From an uncultured Collinsella sp. (lineage in GTDB: Bacteria > Actinomycetota > Coriobacteriia > Coriobacteriales > Coriobacteriaceae), in assembly GCA_900543275.1 (NCBI GenBank), contig UQQL01000001.1, positions 39,674 through 103,673 of the forward strand: a DNA stretch of 64,000 nt. Direction: 5' to 3'. A model generated the notes under the pieces. The model was not told where the DNA came from and did no database searches. It saw only the letters and a list, made by a program, of their open reading frames with translations. Positions 36,868 through 46,594 of this stretch are shown in pieces (position 1 is the first letter of the stretch; the number at the start of each line of letters is the position of its first letter). A program made the position numbers and the translations under genes.

Positions 36868-37107
36868 CTACCCCTCGCTCTTCCATCCAAACGGGTCAAG
36901 CACCCAAAAAACCAGATCGAGCACGCCGCTGGTCATCATGGCACCGGCAAGGGCCATGCAAACATGCAGAGAACTGGCACTTCGGAGCACGTCAAATGGT
37001 CCCAGAACAGCCAGCAGCGCGACCGCCACGCCGGCCGCGCACAGCACAAGACACGGCCCTGCGTCCTTAACGCACTTCTTTGCGAGATGCTTTGCGTTGT
37101 CACTCAT
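36868..37107 (-). CDS. small membrane protein (79 aa)
   Basis: AAGGAG RBS upstream of MSDNAKH and two predicted TM helices. Divergent from the helicase-nuclease gene. Confidence 0.45.
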   Translation of the reverse strand: MSDNAKHLAKKCVKDAGPCLVLCAAGVAVALLAVLGPFDVLRSASSLHVCMALAGAMMTSGVLDLVFWVLDPFGWKSEG

Positions 37108-37308
37108 CGATATCGAACTCCTTAGAGGGTCGTTGTTCAGATGCATGCCGCCGCGGCGGAGCATGGTGGCAGGGTAAGTGTCACATATCGTGCGGACACG
37201 TCCGAAAGCTCGCGCCAAACCGCCAATCTTAATCGTCATACGCCCAAAATACGAACGATCGATCTGTTATCCTGGCGCCAACATAGTCTTTCGAAAGGTT
37301 TGGCCGGG

Positions 37309-40185
37309 ATGACTACGCAGCAGCAGATTGATATTGAATTCGACTCGCTTGCACGCGAGAACGATTCACCCAAGCTCATCGCCAACTCGAAGGCGACCGG
37401 CGGAACATTACTATCCGTTATCAAGGAGCAGCTCTCGACCTGCAGCTCTTTTGACTTTTGCGTAGCGTTTGTTGCAGACGGTGGCCTTCAAATCTTGGTC
37501 GAAGCGTCCCAGGAGCTCAAGCAGCGTGGCATTAAGGGCAGGCTGCTGACGTCCACCTATCTCAACTTCAACTCACCCGATGCGTTTCGCAAGCTCCTGG
37601 AATACGACAACATAGAAGTTCGCGTATTCCAGGGTAATTTGCATGCTAAGGGATACATTTTTGATAAGGGCGAAACCAGCACGATAATCGTCGGCAGCTC
37701 GAACATGACGCAGACCGCCCTCACCTGCAATAAAGAATGGAACGTGCTGTACCAGACCGTTGAAAACAGCCGCTTGCTCGGAGAGCTTAGAGGTGAGTTC
37801 AATTCGCTGTGGAGTGACGCCTCGACCGTTGCGCTTTCCCAAGACTGGATTGACAAATATGCCGCATATCGATCGGCGCGTCCCCCAAAGCCCAAATCGA
37901 AACCGACGTTCCAGGCAACTGTTAGCCCAACCACGAACGATCTCGAAGAACTCAAGCCCAATAAAATGCAGCAGCGCGCCCTTGAGGCGCTCGGTGCAAT
38001 CCACCGTAAGGGCGAGACTCGCGCCCTGCTGGTCTCGGCAACCGGCACTGGCAAGACCTTCCTGTCGGCGTTCGATGTGCTCGCAACTAAACCCCGGCGC
38101 GTCCTCTTTCTTGCGCACCGCCGGCGCATTATCGACGCCTCCCGTGCAAGCTACGAACGGCTCTTAGGTAGTACCTATATGTTCGACACCTATCAAACTG
38201 GCAAGAATACAAGCGATGCTACCTGTGTGTTTGCCATGTGTTCTTCGGTCGCCAAACATCTGAGCGATTTCCGTCCCGATGAGTTCGACTACATCGTCAT
38301 CGACGAGGCCCACCGCACGGGATCTCAGGGCTACCAATCCATCATGTCGCACTTTACGCCTCGGTTTTATCTGGGCATGACCGCTACACCCAATCGCACC
38401 GACGGCTATGACGTCTTTGCCCTTTTCAATCACGTCATCGCATTCCAGATCACGCTGCAGGACGCTTTGTCCGAGGAGATGCTAGCCCCCTTCCATTATT
38501 TTGGCATTCACGATCTGGAGATTGACGATGAGACGATCGAAAATACCGCCCTGTTCGGGCGCTTAACGTCCGACGAGCGTGTGCGTCACATCACCGAGAA
38601 GATCGAAGAATATAGCGTCACCAAAAGCAGCCGCAGGGGCTTAATTTTCTGCAATCGAAACGCCGAGGCCAAAGAACTGTCGCGCAAATTCAACGCTCTC
38701 GGATATCGAACGGCTGCGATTAGCGGTCAAGATCCCGATGAAGTCCGCGATGCCGTTATCAGCCGACTTGAAGCCGGCGAGCTCGAGTATATTTTCTCGG
38801 TCGATATCATGAACGAAGGCGTCGACATCCCCTCGCTCAATCAGATCATCATGCTTCGACGCACCGACTCCGCAATCATCTTTATTCAACAGCTCGGACG
38901 AGGTTTGCGTCTGAATGATGGTAAGGAATACGCACTGGTGCTCGACTTTATTGGCAACTACCAGAGCAACTTCTTGGTGCCCATCGCGCTTTCGGGTGAC
39001 AAAACGTACAACAAAGATCGCCTGCGTCGTCTCGTCCAAGAGGGCGATTCGACGATCCCCGGATGCTCGACCGTGAGCTTCGATCGTATTTCCGAGGCAC
39101 GCATCTACAAGGCCATCGATGGCGGCGATTTCACCTCCGTCAGGTTTTTGAAAAACGAATATCTCGACTTGCGCCAGAAACTCGGCAAGATTCCCTCGCT
39201 GCTCGAATTTGATCGTAACGGCTCCATCGATCCGCTGCTTATCTTCAAGAATAGCGGCCTGGGGTCCTACCACGCATTTCTATCCAAATACGAGCCGGAC
39301 TACACGGTTCAATTTTCCTCTGATCAAACCAAGATTCTCAAATTTATTTCTCAAAAGCTCGCCGCGGGCAAGCGTTTCGAAGACCTCTATTTGCTTCAAA
39401 CGCTCGTCGAAGCCGGACACGAGGGCTACCGGCATATGCGCGAGGCTGCGCTTAGGAACTACCACACACAGCTTAAGGACAGCGCCGTTAGGTCGGCAAT
39501 CACAGTCCTTAAGGGCGACTTTGCCACTCCCAAGGATTTCGTTTCCCTGCTTATTGACGATGGATGCGGACCTCGTCTGACCGAAGCGTTTGCGACCGCT
39601 CTGCGCAACGCAGAGTTCAAGCGTCAGATTCTCGAGGTGCTGGATTTTGGCATTGCGCGTAACCGACTCGACTATGCCGAGACGTACCAAAACACAAATT
39701 TCGTTCTCAACGCCAAGTACACGTACGAAGAAGTTTGCCGCTTGATGAACTGGGAAAAGAACATCAACGGCCAAAATCTTGGCGGCTACTTCTACGACGA
39801 GAAGACCATTACATTCCCCGTGTTTATTAACTATGACAAGGCACCCGACATTAGCGAGTCCATTCAGTATGAAGACCGCTTTGTTTCGCCGAGTAAGCTA
39901 GTTGCAATCTCTAAGAACAACCGCACGCTCAACTCCCCCGAGATTCAGCGACTGCAGGCATGGCCGGGCAACGGGCTAAAGACGTATTTGTTTATGCGCA
40001 AGAACAAGGACGATAAGGGTGGCAAGGAATTTTACTTCCTAGGCGAAATGCATCCGACTGGCGAGTTCAAAGCTATTAAAACTAAGAGCGGCGACAACGC
40101 CGTCGAAATCGAATATGAACTCAATGCTCCCGTGCGCCAGGACATTTACGAGTTTATGCTCAGCGATCTGAGTGAGACAGAGTAA
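37309..40185 (+). CDS. PLD/HKD nuclease - SF2 (ResIII/DEAH) helicase - DUF3427-like C-terminal domain protein; restriction or defence-like
   Basis: A single HKD motif (HAKGYIFDKGETSTIIVGSSNMT) sits at the N-terminus. Helicase motifs I (SATGTGKT), II (VIDEAHR), III (TATPNR) and VI (QQLGRGLR) follow. The C-terminal roughly 350 aa resemble DUF3427. GC is markedly lower (about 50%) than neighbours. Start at the MTTQQQ Met. Confidence 0.85.
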   Translation: MTTQQQIDIEFDSLARENDSPKLIANSKATGGTLLSVIKEQLSTCSSFDFCVAFVADGGLQILVEASQELKQRGIKGRLLTSTYLNFNSPDAFRKLLEYDNIEVRVFQGNLHAKGYIFDKGETSTIIVGSSNMTQTALTCNKEWNVLYQTVENSRLLGELRGEFNSLWSDASTVALSQDWIDKYAAYRSARPPKPKSKPTFQATVSPTTNDLEELKPNKMQQRALEALGAIHRKGETRALLVSATGTGKTFLSAFDVLATKPRRVLFLAHRRRIIDASRASYERLLGSTYMFDTYQTGKNTSDATCVFAMCSSVAKHLSDFRPDEFDYIVIDEAHRTGSQGYQSIMSHFTPRFYLGMTATPNRTDGYDVFALFNHVIAFQITLQDALSEEMLAPFHYFGIHDLEIDDETIENTALFGRLTSDERVRHITEKIEEYSVTKSSRRGLIFCNRNAEAKELSRKFNALGYRTAAISGQDPDEVRDAVISRLEAGELEYIFSVDIMNEGVDIPSLNQIIMLRRTDSAIIFIQQLGRGLRLNDGKEYALVLDFIGNYQSNFLVPIALSGDKTYNKDRLRRLVQEGDSTIPGCSTVSFDRISEARIYKAIDGGDFTSVRFLKNEYLDLRQKLGKIPSLLEFDRNGSIDPLLIFKNSGLGSYHAFLSKYEPDYTVQFSSDQTKILKFISQKLAAGKRFEDLYLLQTLVEAGHEGYRHMREAALRNYHTQLKDSAVRSAITVLKGDFATPKDFVSLLIDDGCGPRLTEAFATALRNAEFKRQILEVLDFGIARNRLDYAETYQNTNFVLNAKYTYEEVCRLMNWEKNINGQNLGGYFYDEKTITFPVFINYDKAPDISESIQYEDRFVSPSKLVAISKNNRTLNSPEIQRLQAWPGNGLKTYLFMRKNKDDKGGKEFYFLGEMHPTGEFKAIKTKSGDNAVEIEYELNAPVRQDIYEFMLSDLSETE

Positions 40186-40225
40186 CAAAGAAGGAGCGGG
40201 CCGCCATGCGACGTCCGCTCCTTTC

Positions 40226-40621
40226 TCACATAAGCCCGAGTTTCTTTTCGAGTTCCTTAACGACTTTAACGTCCGCCGGAAGCCAATCGACATCCCACAG
40301 GTTATTGGTATCGAGCCACTTCATGTCCTCGTGAGCGTGCTCTTTGAACTCGCCCGAAAGGATGCTAGCTAGGTAGCACTGCATCGACAGATGGAACGTC
40401 TCGTAATCGTGTTCGACCGTGCAAAGATAGTCAAGGTTACCGATCGTGACCTCGAGCTCTTCTTGAATCTCGCGCACGATTGCCTGCTCGCCGGTCTCGC
40501 CCGGCTCGAGCTTACCGCCCGGAAACTCCCAGCCGTCTTTAAACTCGCCGTAGCCACGCTGGCAGCTCAGGATTTTCCCGTCCTTCTGAATAATTGCCGC
40601 TGCAACATTGATTGATTTCAT
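40226..40621 (-). CDS. NUDIX hydrolase (MutT-like)
   Basis: Nudix box GGKLEPGETGEQAIVREIQEELEV. Lower GC, convergent with the helicase-nuclease. Confidence 0.8.
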   Translation of the reverse strand: MKSINVAAAIIQKDGKILSCQRGYGEFKDGWEFPGGKLEPGETGEQAIVREIQEELEVTIGNLDYLCTVEHDYETFHLSMQCYLASILSGEFKEHAHEDMKWLDTNNLWDVDWLPADVKVVKELEKKLGLM

Positions 40622-40948
40622 AACTAGTTATCACCTCTCCAGTTGAGCTCAACCAGTATAGGCGATCGACCGCCCGCCATGTCCCAGTCGCCTGAAAACC
40701 GCCTGCTCGACCAACCCTTGACGCCGTTTTGTACCGGCACCCCATCTCCCGCTATCGAGGTCTAATACTTTTCCCACTGCCACCCAAAAACTCATCCAAC
40801 ATTAATCTTGGCTCAAGAATCGCTTAATCTATAACCTGCACTATAGAGTTCGACCAAGGGCGGGGCGGCGCAACGCAGACCGCCGAACGCAACGCTCGCG
40901 CCCGAGCAAATTGCCCGGCGTCGCGCCCATCGAACGAAAGGACAGGTC

Positions 40949-41491
40949 ATGGACGACCTCGAAAAAGTTGAAACCATCCGCACCAAGTGCAACGTGAGTT
41001 ACACCGATGCCAAGGCGGCGCTCGACGCTGCCGACGGCAACGTTTTGGATGCCATCATTTGGCTCGAGTCGCAGGGCAAGACCCAGACCACGTCGGCGCA
41101 TGCCGCCACCGAGTCCGCGCCAGTCGATGAGCCCTCTGCCGAGATGGTCGCCGCGCAGGCAGCCTACGAAAAGTCGAGCGAAAAGACCGACTTCTCCAAG
41201 AAGATGGACAGCGTGTGGGAGTACCTCAAAAAGCTCTTCCGCCTGAGTCTGGACACCAAGTTTATCGCCACGCGCCGCGATGCGATCATCCTCAACATCC
41301 CCATCCTGATTCCCATCGTCGCGCTGTTTGCCTGGGGCGCCACGATATGGCTGATGCTGATTGGCCTGTTCTTTGGCATGCGCTACCGCATCGACAGCGA
41401 CGGCGACGTGCCCGGCAGCATCAACAACCTTATGGATAGCGCTGCTAACGCCGCGGACGACATCAAGCAAAATCTCAACGACGACAAGTAA
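40949..41491 (+). CDS. hypothetical membrane protein with an N-terminal UBA/EF-Ts-like domain (DUF4342-like)
   Basis: The N-terminal region (IRTKCNVSYTDAKAALDAADGNVLDAIIWL) resembles a UBA fold. One TM segment. AAAGGA RBS. Confidence 0.55.
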   Translation: MDDLEKVETIRTKCNVSYTDAKAALDAADGNVLDAIIWLESQGKTQTTSAHAATESAPVDEPSAEMVAAQAAYEKSSEKTDFSKKMDSVWEYLKKLFRLSLDTKFIATRRDAIILNIPILIPIVALFAWGATIWLMLIGLFFGMRYRIDSDGDVPGSINNLMDSAANAADDIKQNLNDDK

Positions 41492-41509
41492 TCGCAGACG
41501 GGGGCACGC

Positions 41510-42278
<769 letters not shown>

Positions 42279-42295
<17 letters not shown>

Positions 42296-43574
42296 CGCCG
42301 AGACCAAGCGCGTCACCTCCATCGCCCGTGCCATCAACTGGAGCTACATGTGGCGCCGCCTGGCGAGCTACATCTGGCTCGACCTGTGGCTGCTGGTTGC
42401 TGCGGCGGCGATCCTCATCTATGGCTATAACCAAACGCTGCCCGACGGCGCGTTTACCGCGGGATGGATCCCCGGTGCCGCCGTCCACGGCATGTCGCTG
42501 ACGCCCGCGCACGGCTGGGACCCCGCCACGCTCACCTATACCGTCGAGCTTGCGCGCACCACCAAGACCTTCCCCCTCGCGCAGGACCTCATCGCGCTGT
42601 GGCCCCTCTATCTTGTCGTTGCAGGTGGGCAGGTCATCAGCGTGCTCAACATGCTCGGCGGCGCCCGCCGCGTGCGCCGCACCATGGCACCGCTCAACGA
42701 CCTGGCCCTGCGCGTAGACGAGCTCAGCCGTATGCAGCTCTCCGGCGGCAAGATGGAAACGCTGGAGCAGGCCATCGAGCGCGCAAGCGTCGACTCGCCG
42801 AGCGTCACCACCGGCGACGCCGACCTGGCGAGCATCGAGGTCGCGCTCAACCGCCTGCTGCGCCAGATGCAAGAGGCAAAGCTGCAGCAGATGCGCTTTG
42901 TCAACGATGCAAGCCACGAGCTACGAACGCCCATCGCGGTGATTCAGGGTTACGTAAACATGCTCGACCGCTGGGGCAAAGATGACCCGGACGTGCTGGC
43001 GGAATCCATCGCGTCCCTCAAGGCCGAAAGCGAGCATATGCAGGAGCTCGTGGAGCAGCTGCTGTTTTTGGCGCGCGGCGATGCCGGGCGCACGGTCCTG
43101 CGGCGTGCGAATACCAACCTGGCCGCACTGGTCGGCGAGGTATGCGAGGAATCGCAGATGATCGATGCCGCGCACACATATCGACTGGCGTACGATGCCG
43201 CACTTACCAGCGACCCGCGCTGCGACGCGCCCGTTGACGTGGCGCTCGTGAAGCAGGCTCTGCGCGTGATCGTGCAGAACGCCGCCAAGTATTCGGACGC
43301 GGGCACATCCATCTCGTTTGGCGTGACGCCGGATGCGGGCGCGGGCACGATCGACATAAGTGTTGAGGACGAGGGCATCGGCATGAACCAGGAATCCGCA
43401 GCCCACGCGTTTGAACGGTTCTACCGCGCCGACAACGCACGCGATGCCGGCGCGCAGGGCTCGGGTCTGGGGCTTGCCATTGCCAAGTGGATCGTCGACA
43501 GCCATGGCGGTGTCATTGGCGTGACCTCAGTCGAGGGCGTCGGCAGCCGCTTTACGATTCGCCTGCCGCGCTAG
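42279..43574 (+). CDS. sensor histidine kinase (HAMP-less, HisKA plus HATPase_c)
   Basis: H-box SHELRTPIAVI and G-boxes DEGIGM, GSGLGLAI. The start overlaps the regulator's stop. Confidence 0.85.
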
Positions 43575-43593
43575 GAAGCCCCTCGGCATAAAT

Positions 43594-43627
43594 AAAGGGA
43601 TAGGGCCACACGGCCCTATCCCTTTTT
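43594..43627. terminator. bidirectional terminator
   Basis: aaagggatagggcc-acac-ggccctatcccttttt. Confidence 0.75.
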
Positions 43628-43649
43628 GCTAGCTATGGCAGCTTGTGCG

Positions 43650-44024
43650 CTACTCGCGGCACAGATGCACGGCGAAGCCGGCGAACTCGCGCTTAAAGTA
43701 CACGAGCTTGGTGCCGCCGTCGGGCAGCAGCACGCGCGACTCCTCGTTGACCTCGAGCCCGCGCTCGGCAAACCACTTCTCGGCCGCATCGATGTCGTTG
43801 ACGGCAAAGCCAATGTGGCCCTTGGTGCCACGACCGTTCTGCTTCATGACCTCGATCAGCGAATCGTTAAAGTACGAAACCGGGGTCTCGATAACGGGTA
43901 GGCCCATCATCGTCGAGAACAGCTCCGCGATCTCCAGGGCATCGGCCGGGTCGGTGGCGTTAATGCCCACGTGGGCGACGCGCATGCCAAAGAGCTCTAC
44001 CGGGTTGGCGTTCTGCTCATTCAT
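43650..44024 (-). CDS. VOC-family (glyoxalase/bleomycin-resistance fold) protein
   Basis: The VOC-like N-terminal segment (VAHVGINATD) fits a paired beta-alpha-beta-beta-beta fold. Confidence 0.65.
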   Translation of the reverse strand: MNEQNANPVELFGMRVAHVGINATDPADALEIAELFSTMMGLPVIETPVSYFNDSLIEVMKQNGRGTKGHIGFAVNDIDAAEKWFAERGLEVNEESRVLLPDGGTKLVYFKREFAGFAVHLCRE

Positions 44025-44036
44025 TACAGGCAGCGC

Positions 44037-44324
44037 CTACTGAGCCATAACGTCGAGAACGGCCTTCTCGGCAGCGACGCGGTTCATGCCGGTCATGAAG
44101 GGCACGCCGCTCACGTACGGGCAGGTGAGGCCCTCGGGGGCAACGGTGGTGGCGATCAGCAGGTCGGCGCCCTCGTCGCAAGCGTCCTTGGCCTCAGAGA
44201 TGGCGCACTGCACGATCTCATACTTGCCGGCATAACCGTTGGCGTCGAGCATGGTAGCGACCTTCTGGGCAACAAGCGTGGAAGTAGCAGCGCCAGCACC
44301 GCAAGCCAAAACGATCTTCTTCAT
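44037..44324 (-). CDS. PTS EIIB component, galactitol/ascorbate-type (orphan)
   Basis: MKKIVLACGAGAATST with the active-site Cys, 95 aa. No IIC or IIA nearby. Confidence 0.75.
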   Translation of the reverse strand: MKKIVLACGAGAATSTLVAQKVATMLDANGYAGKYEIVQCAISEAKDACDEGADLLIATTVAPEGLTCPYVSGVPFMTGMNRVAAEKAVLDVMAQ

Positions 44325-44487
44325 AGGTAATGTCTCCCTTCATGGTTTACTTTAGGTAAGTGTACCGCAGCGAGCGATGGCACTCAGCCTCGATGAGCTT
44401 TTATGCCAGTTTGCTTGCGCGCTGCGTATAATACATCTAGTACGTGTTGTCATACCGCTCGCTATATGAGCGACTAAGGATCCCAAT

Positions 44488-45111
44488 ATGCCCGATTCCC
44501 GCACACTCTGGACCGCCGTCGTTATCATCTGCATCGGCGTGTCGGTGTTCTTTAGCGTCAAAAAACGCACCACGTTCAAGCGTCTGCAGCAGCTTATGGC
44601 TGCCAAGCAGTGGGACGAGTTCGATCGTTTGCTCGACGGCAAACTCACCAGCATGCTGTACCCGCGCTACAACCGCGACTACCTGCGTCTGAACTCCTAT
44701 CTGCTGCGCGAGGACCACAAGCGCGCCGATGAGATGTTCGATTTGCTGCTGGGGCTCAATCTGCCCAAGATGCAGCGCGTCGACCTGGTGATTAAGGCCT
44801 TTAACTACTATGCTGGCCAGGAGGACCGCAAAAAGTCCAAGGAGCTTCTGCACGAGATCAAGGGCTTTGAGGGCGGTCAGGCCGAGGCGGTCGCACACGA
44901 ATGCCAGCTGATGTACGACACGATGATCCTCAAGCGCCACAACGACATTCCCGAGCTGGAGCGCATGCTCAAGGAAGCCGGTGACGACAAGGTTAAGAGC
45001 TGCCGCCTGGAATACCTGCTAGCCCTGCAGTACCAGAACAAGGGCGACGAGGCCAAGTTCGCCGAGTACTTGGAAAAGTCGGGCCAACACTCGATGGCCG
45101 TCAACGCGTAA
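44488..45111 (+). CDS. hypothetical N-terminally anchored protein
   Basis: AAGGA RBS, one N-terminal TM helix, helical repeat-like body. Confidence 0.55.
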   Translation: MPDSRTLWTAVVIICIGVSVFFSVKKRTTFKRLQQLMAAKQWDEFDRLLDGKLTSMLYPRYNRDYLRLNSYLLREDHKRADEMFDLLLGLNLPKMQRVDLVIKAFNYYAGQEDRKKSKELLHEIKGFEGGQAEAVAHECQLMYDTMILKRHNDIPELERMLKEAGDDKVKSCRLEYLLALQYQNKGDEAKFAEYLEKSGQHSMAVNA

Positions 45112-45142
45112 CGGACGACTTGTGCTAGACTTCTAGTCTCAC

Positions 45143-45227
45143 GGGGGCGTGGCGGAATTGGCATACGCAGGGGACTTAAAATCCCTCGCCGCAAGGATTG
45201 TGGGTTCGAGTCCCACCGCCCCTACCA
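45143..45227 (+). tRNA. tRNA-Leu (anticodon UAA), type II with long variable arm, CCA encoded
   Basis: Acceptor GGGGGCG/CGCCCCU, anticodon stem GGGGA/UCCCU with loop CUUAAAA, T-arm GUGGG-UUCGAGU-CCCAC, discriminator A, then CCA. Confidence 0.85.
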
Positions 45228-45239
45228 TGTAGTGCTTAC

Positions 45240-45276
45240 GAGCCCGTGTCCCCCAGGGATGCGGGCTCATTTCTTT
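45240..45276 (+). terminator. terminator hairpin after tRNA-Leu
   Basis: gagcccg-tgtcccccagggatg-cgggctc then atttcttt. Confidence 0.6.
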
Positions 45277-45405
45277 AAGATGCCGGTGGGGCTCGAACCC
45301 GCGAGGGGGCGAGCGTCAAGCGGACGCGCAGCGTCCGTAGCGAGCCGGCGAGGACGCCGGCAGGCAGCCGAAGCCGGTGCGGATTTGCGCAACAAATACG
45401 CAGAT

Positions 45406-45471
45406 GTCCCACCGCCCCTACCATTTGGCTTTTACGGGCCCGTGCCCCCTGGGGATGCGGGCTCGTTTCTT
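45406..45471 (+). repeat. direct repeat of the tRNA-Leu 3' 18 nt plus a copy of its terminator hairpin (att-like remnant)
   Basis: gtcccaccgcccctacca recurs exactly at 45406-45423. The following roughly 48 nt are about 80% identical to 45228-45275. Confidence 0.7.
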
Positions 45472-45491
45472 CTGGATGCCGTTAAGCCTCT

Positions 45492-45560
45492 AAGTTGCGG
45501 TGGAATAGTTCCTGTTTTGGCAGTTTATCAGCCCATTTAGGAACTATTTCACCGCAACTT
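45492..45560. repeat. 22-bp inverted repeat hairpin in an AT-richer stretch
   Basis: aagttgcggtggaatagttcct ... aggaactatttcaccgcaactt with one mismatch and a 25-nt loop. Confidence 0.55.
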
Positions 45561-45572
45561 ATGAGGGGATGG

Positions 45573-46574
45573 TTAAAGGGCGCTGAGGCTGGGGGTCCAG
45601 CCGATGGTGGGTAGCTCACCGTCGAGAGTCTCGTTGATAGTGGCAGCCATACCGGCGAGGAGGCTGTTCTCACTTACGGTGAGCGTCTTGTAGCCGCCGG
45701 CTCGCATGAGCTCGCGAATCACCACGGCGCCGGCCAGAATCACGCCCGCGCGTTTGGGCTGTACACCCGGTAGCGCGGCGATACCCTCCACATCCAGCGT
45801 AGACATACGATCGATGGCGGCCGAGATCTGCTCCATCGTAAGCTCGCGCAGGTGCACAAAGTTCGAGTCGTACGGCTCCAGTTCGTGGACCAGCGCCACG
45901 AGCGTGGTGACGGTACCGCCCACCGCAACGAGGCGCTCGGCGCGCTCAAAGTCGCTGGGCAGGCCCTCAAAATAGGCGGAGAACTGCTCGCCTGCCCACG
46001 CGGCGGCAGCCGCAAGCTCGTTCGTCGACGGCGGCAGTGCAGAGAAAAACCGCTCCGTCACGCGGCGGCAACCGATGTCCAGTGAGCGCGTTCCCTCCAG
46101 CGCAAAGACCCCGCGCTCAGGCGCATAGACGCCCGTCGCGAGCTCCGTGGATCCGCCACCCGAATCGGCGACGATGATGCGCTCGCCTGCAAAGTCGTGC
46201 GCCACGCCAAAAAACGTCAGGCGCGCCTCGACCTCGCCCGGAATCACCTGCGGTTCGAGCCCCAGATCGCGCAGGCCGTCCAGCAGCAGTGCGGCGTTGG
46301 ACGCATCACGCGCAGCACTCGTGCACGTGGTGCAGATGCACGCGGCCCCAAAGGCACGGGCTTCGTCCACAAACATGTGGCACGCAGCGAGCACGCGCTC
46401 AACGGCCGCCTCGCAAAAGCGCCCCGTCGCGTCCACGCCCTCGCCCAAGTCGGTGATCTCGGTATGCTTGGACGATTCCACGATCGCCCCGCCCTCGACC
46501 TGCGCTAGCACTAGTCGCGACGACACCGTTCCCAAGTCGATCGCGGCCACCTTATATCGTTTGCAATTTGTCAT
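45573..46574 (-). CDS. ppx: Ppx/GppA-family exopolyphosphatase / guanosine pentaphosphate phosphohydrolase
   Basis: ASKHA fold motifs (AAIDLGTVSSRL, ADSGGGSTEL); GAGGGGAG RBS. Confidence 0.85.
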   Translation of the reverse strand: MTNCKRYKVAAIDLGTVSSRLVLAQVEGGAIVESSKHTEITDLGEGVDATGRFCEAAVERVLAACHMFVDEARAFGAACICTTCTSAARDASNAALLLDGLRDLGLEPQVIPGEVEARLTFFGVAHDFAGERIIVADSGGGSTELATGVYAPERGVFALEGTRSLDIGCRRVTERFFSALPPSTNELAAAAAWAGEQFSAYFEGLPSDFERAERLVAVGGTVTTLVALVHELEPYDSNFVHLRELTMEQISAAIDRMSTLDVEGIAALPGVQPKRAGVILAGAVVIRELMRAGGYKTLTVSENSLLAGMAATINETLDGELPTIGWTPSLSAL

Positions 46575-46594
46575 TGCGGGCTCCCCTCTGGGCG

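Noticed and set aside
37309-40185. Classifying the nuclease-helicase as DISARM, Type I or Type III R-M
   Set aside because: There is no adjacent methyltransferase, DrmB/DUF1998, specificity or Mod subunit. The PLD is fused rather than separate.
45285-45400. Second tRNA or tmRNA on the minus strand in the tRNA-Leu scar (T-loop-like GGTTCGAGCCCCA)
   Set aside because: No acceptable acceptor or anticodon stems could be built. It resembles only a T-arm fragment.
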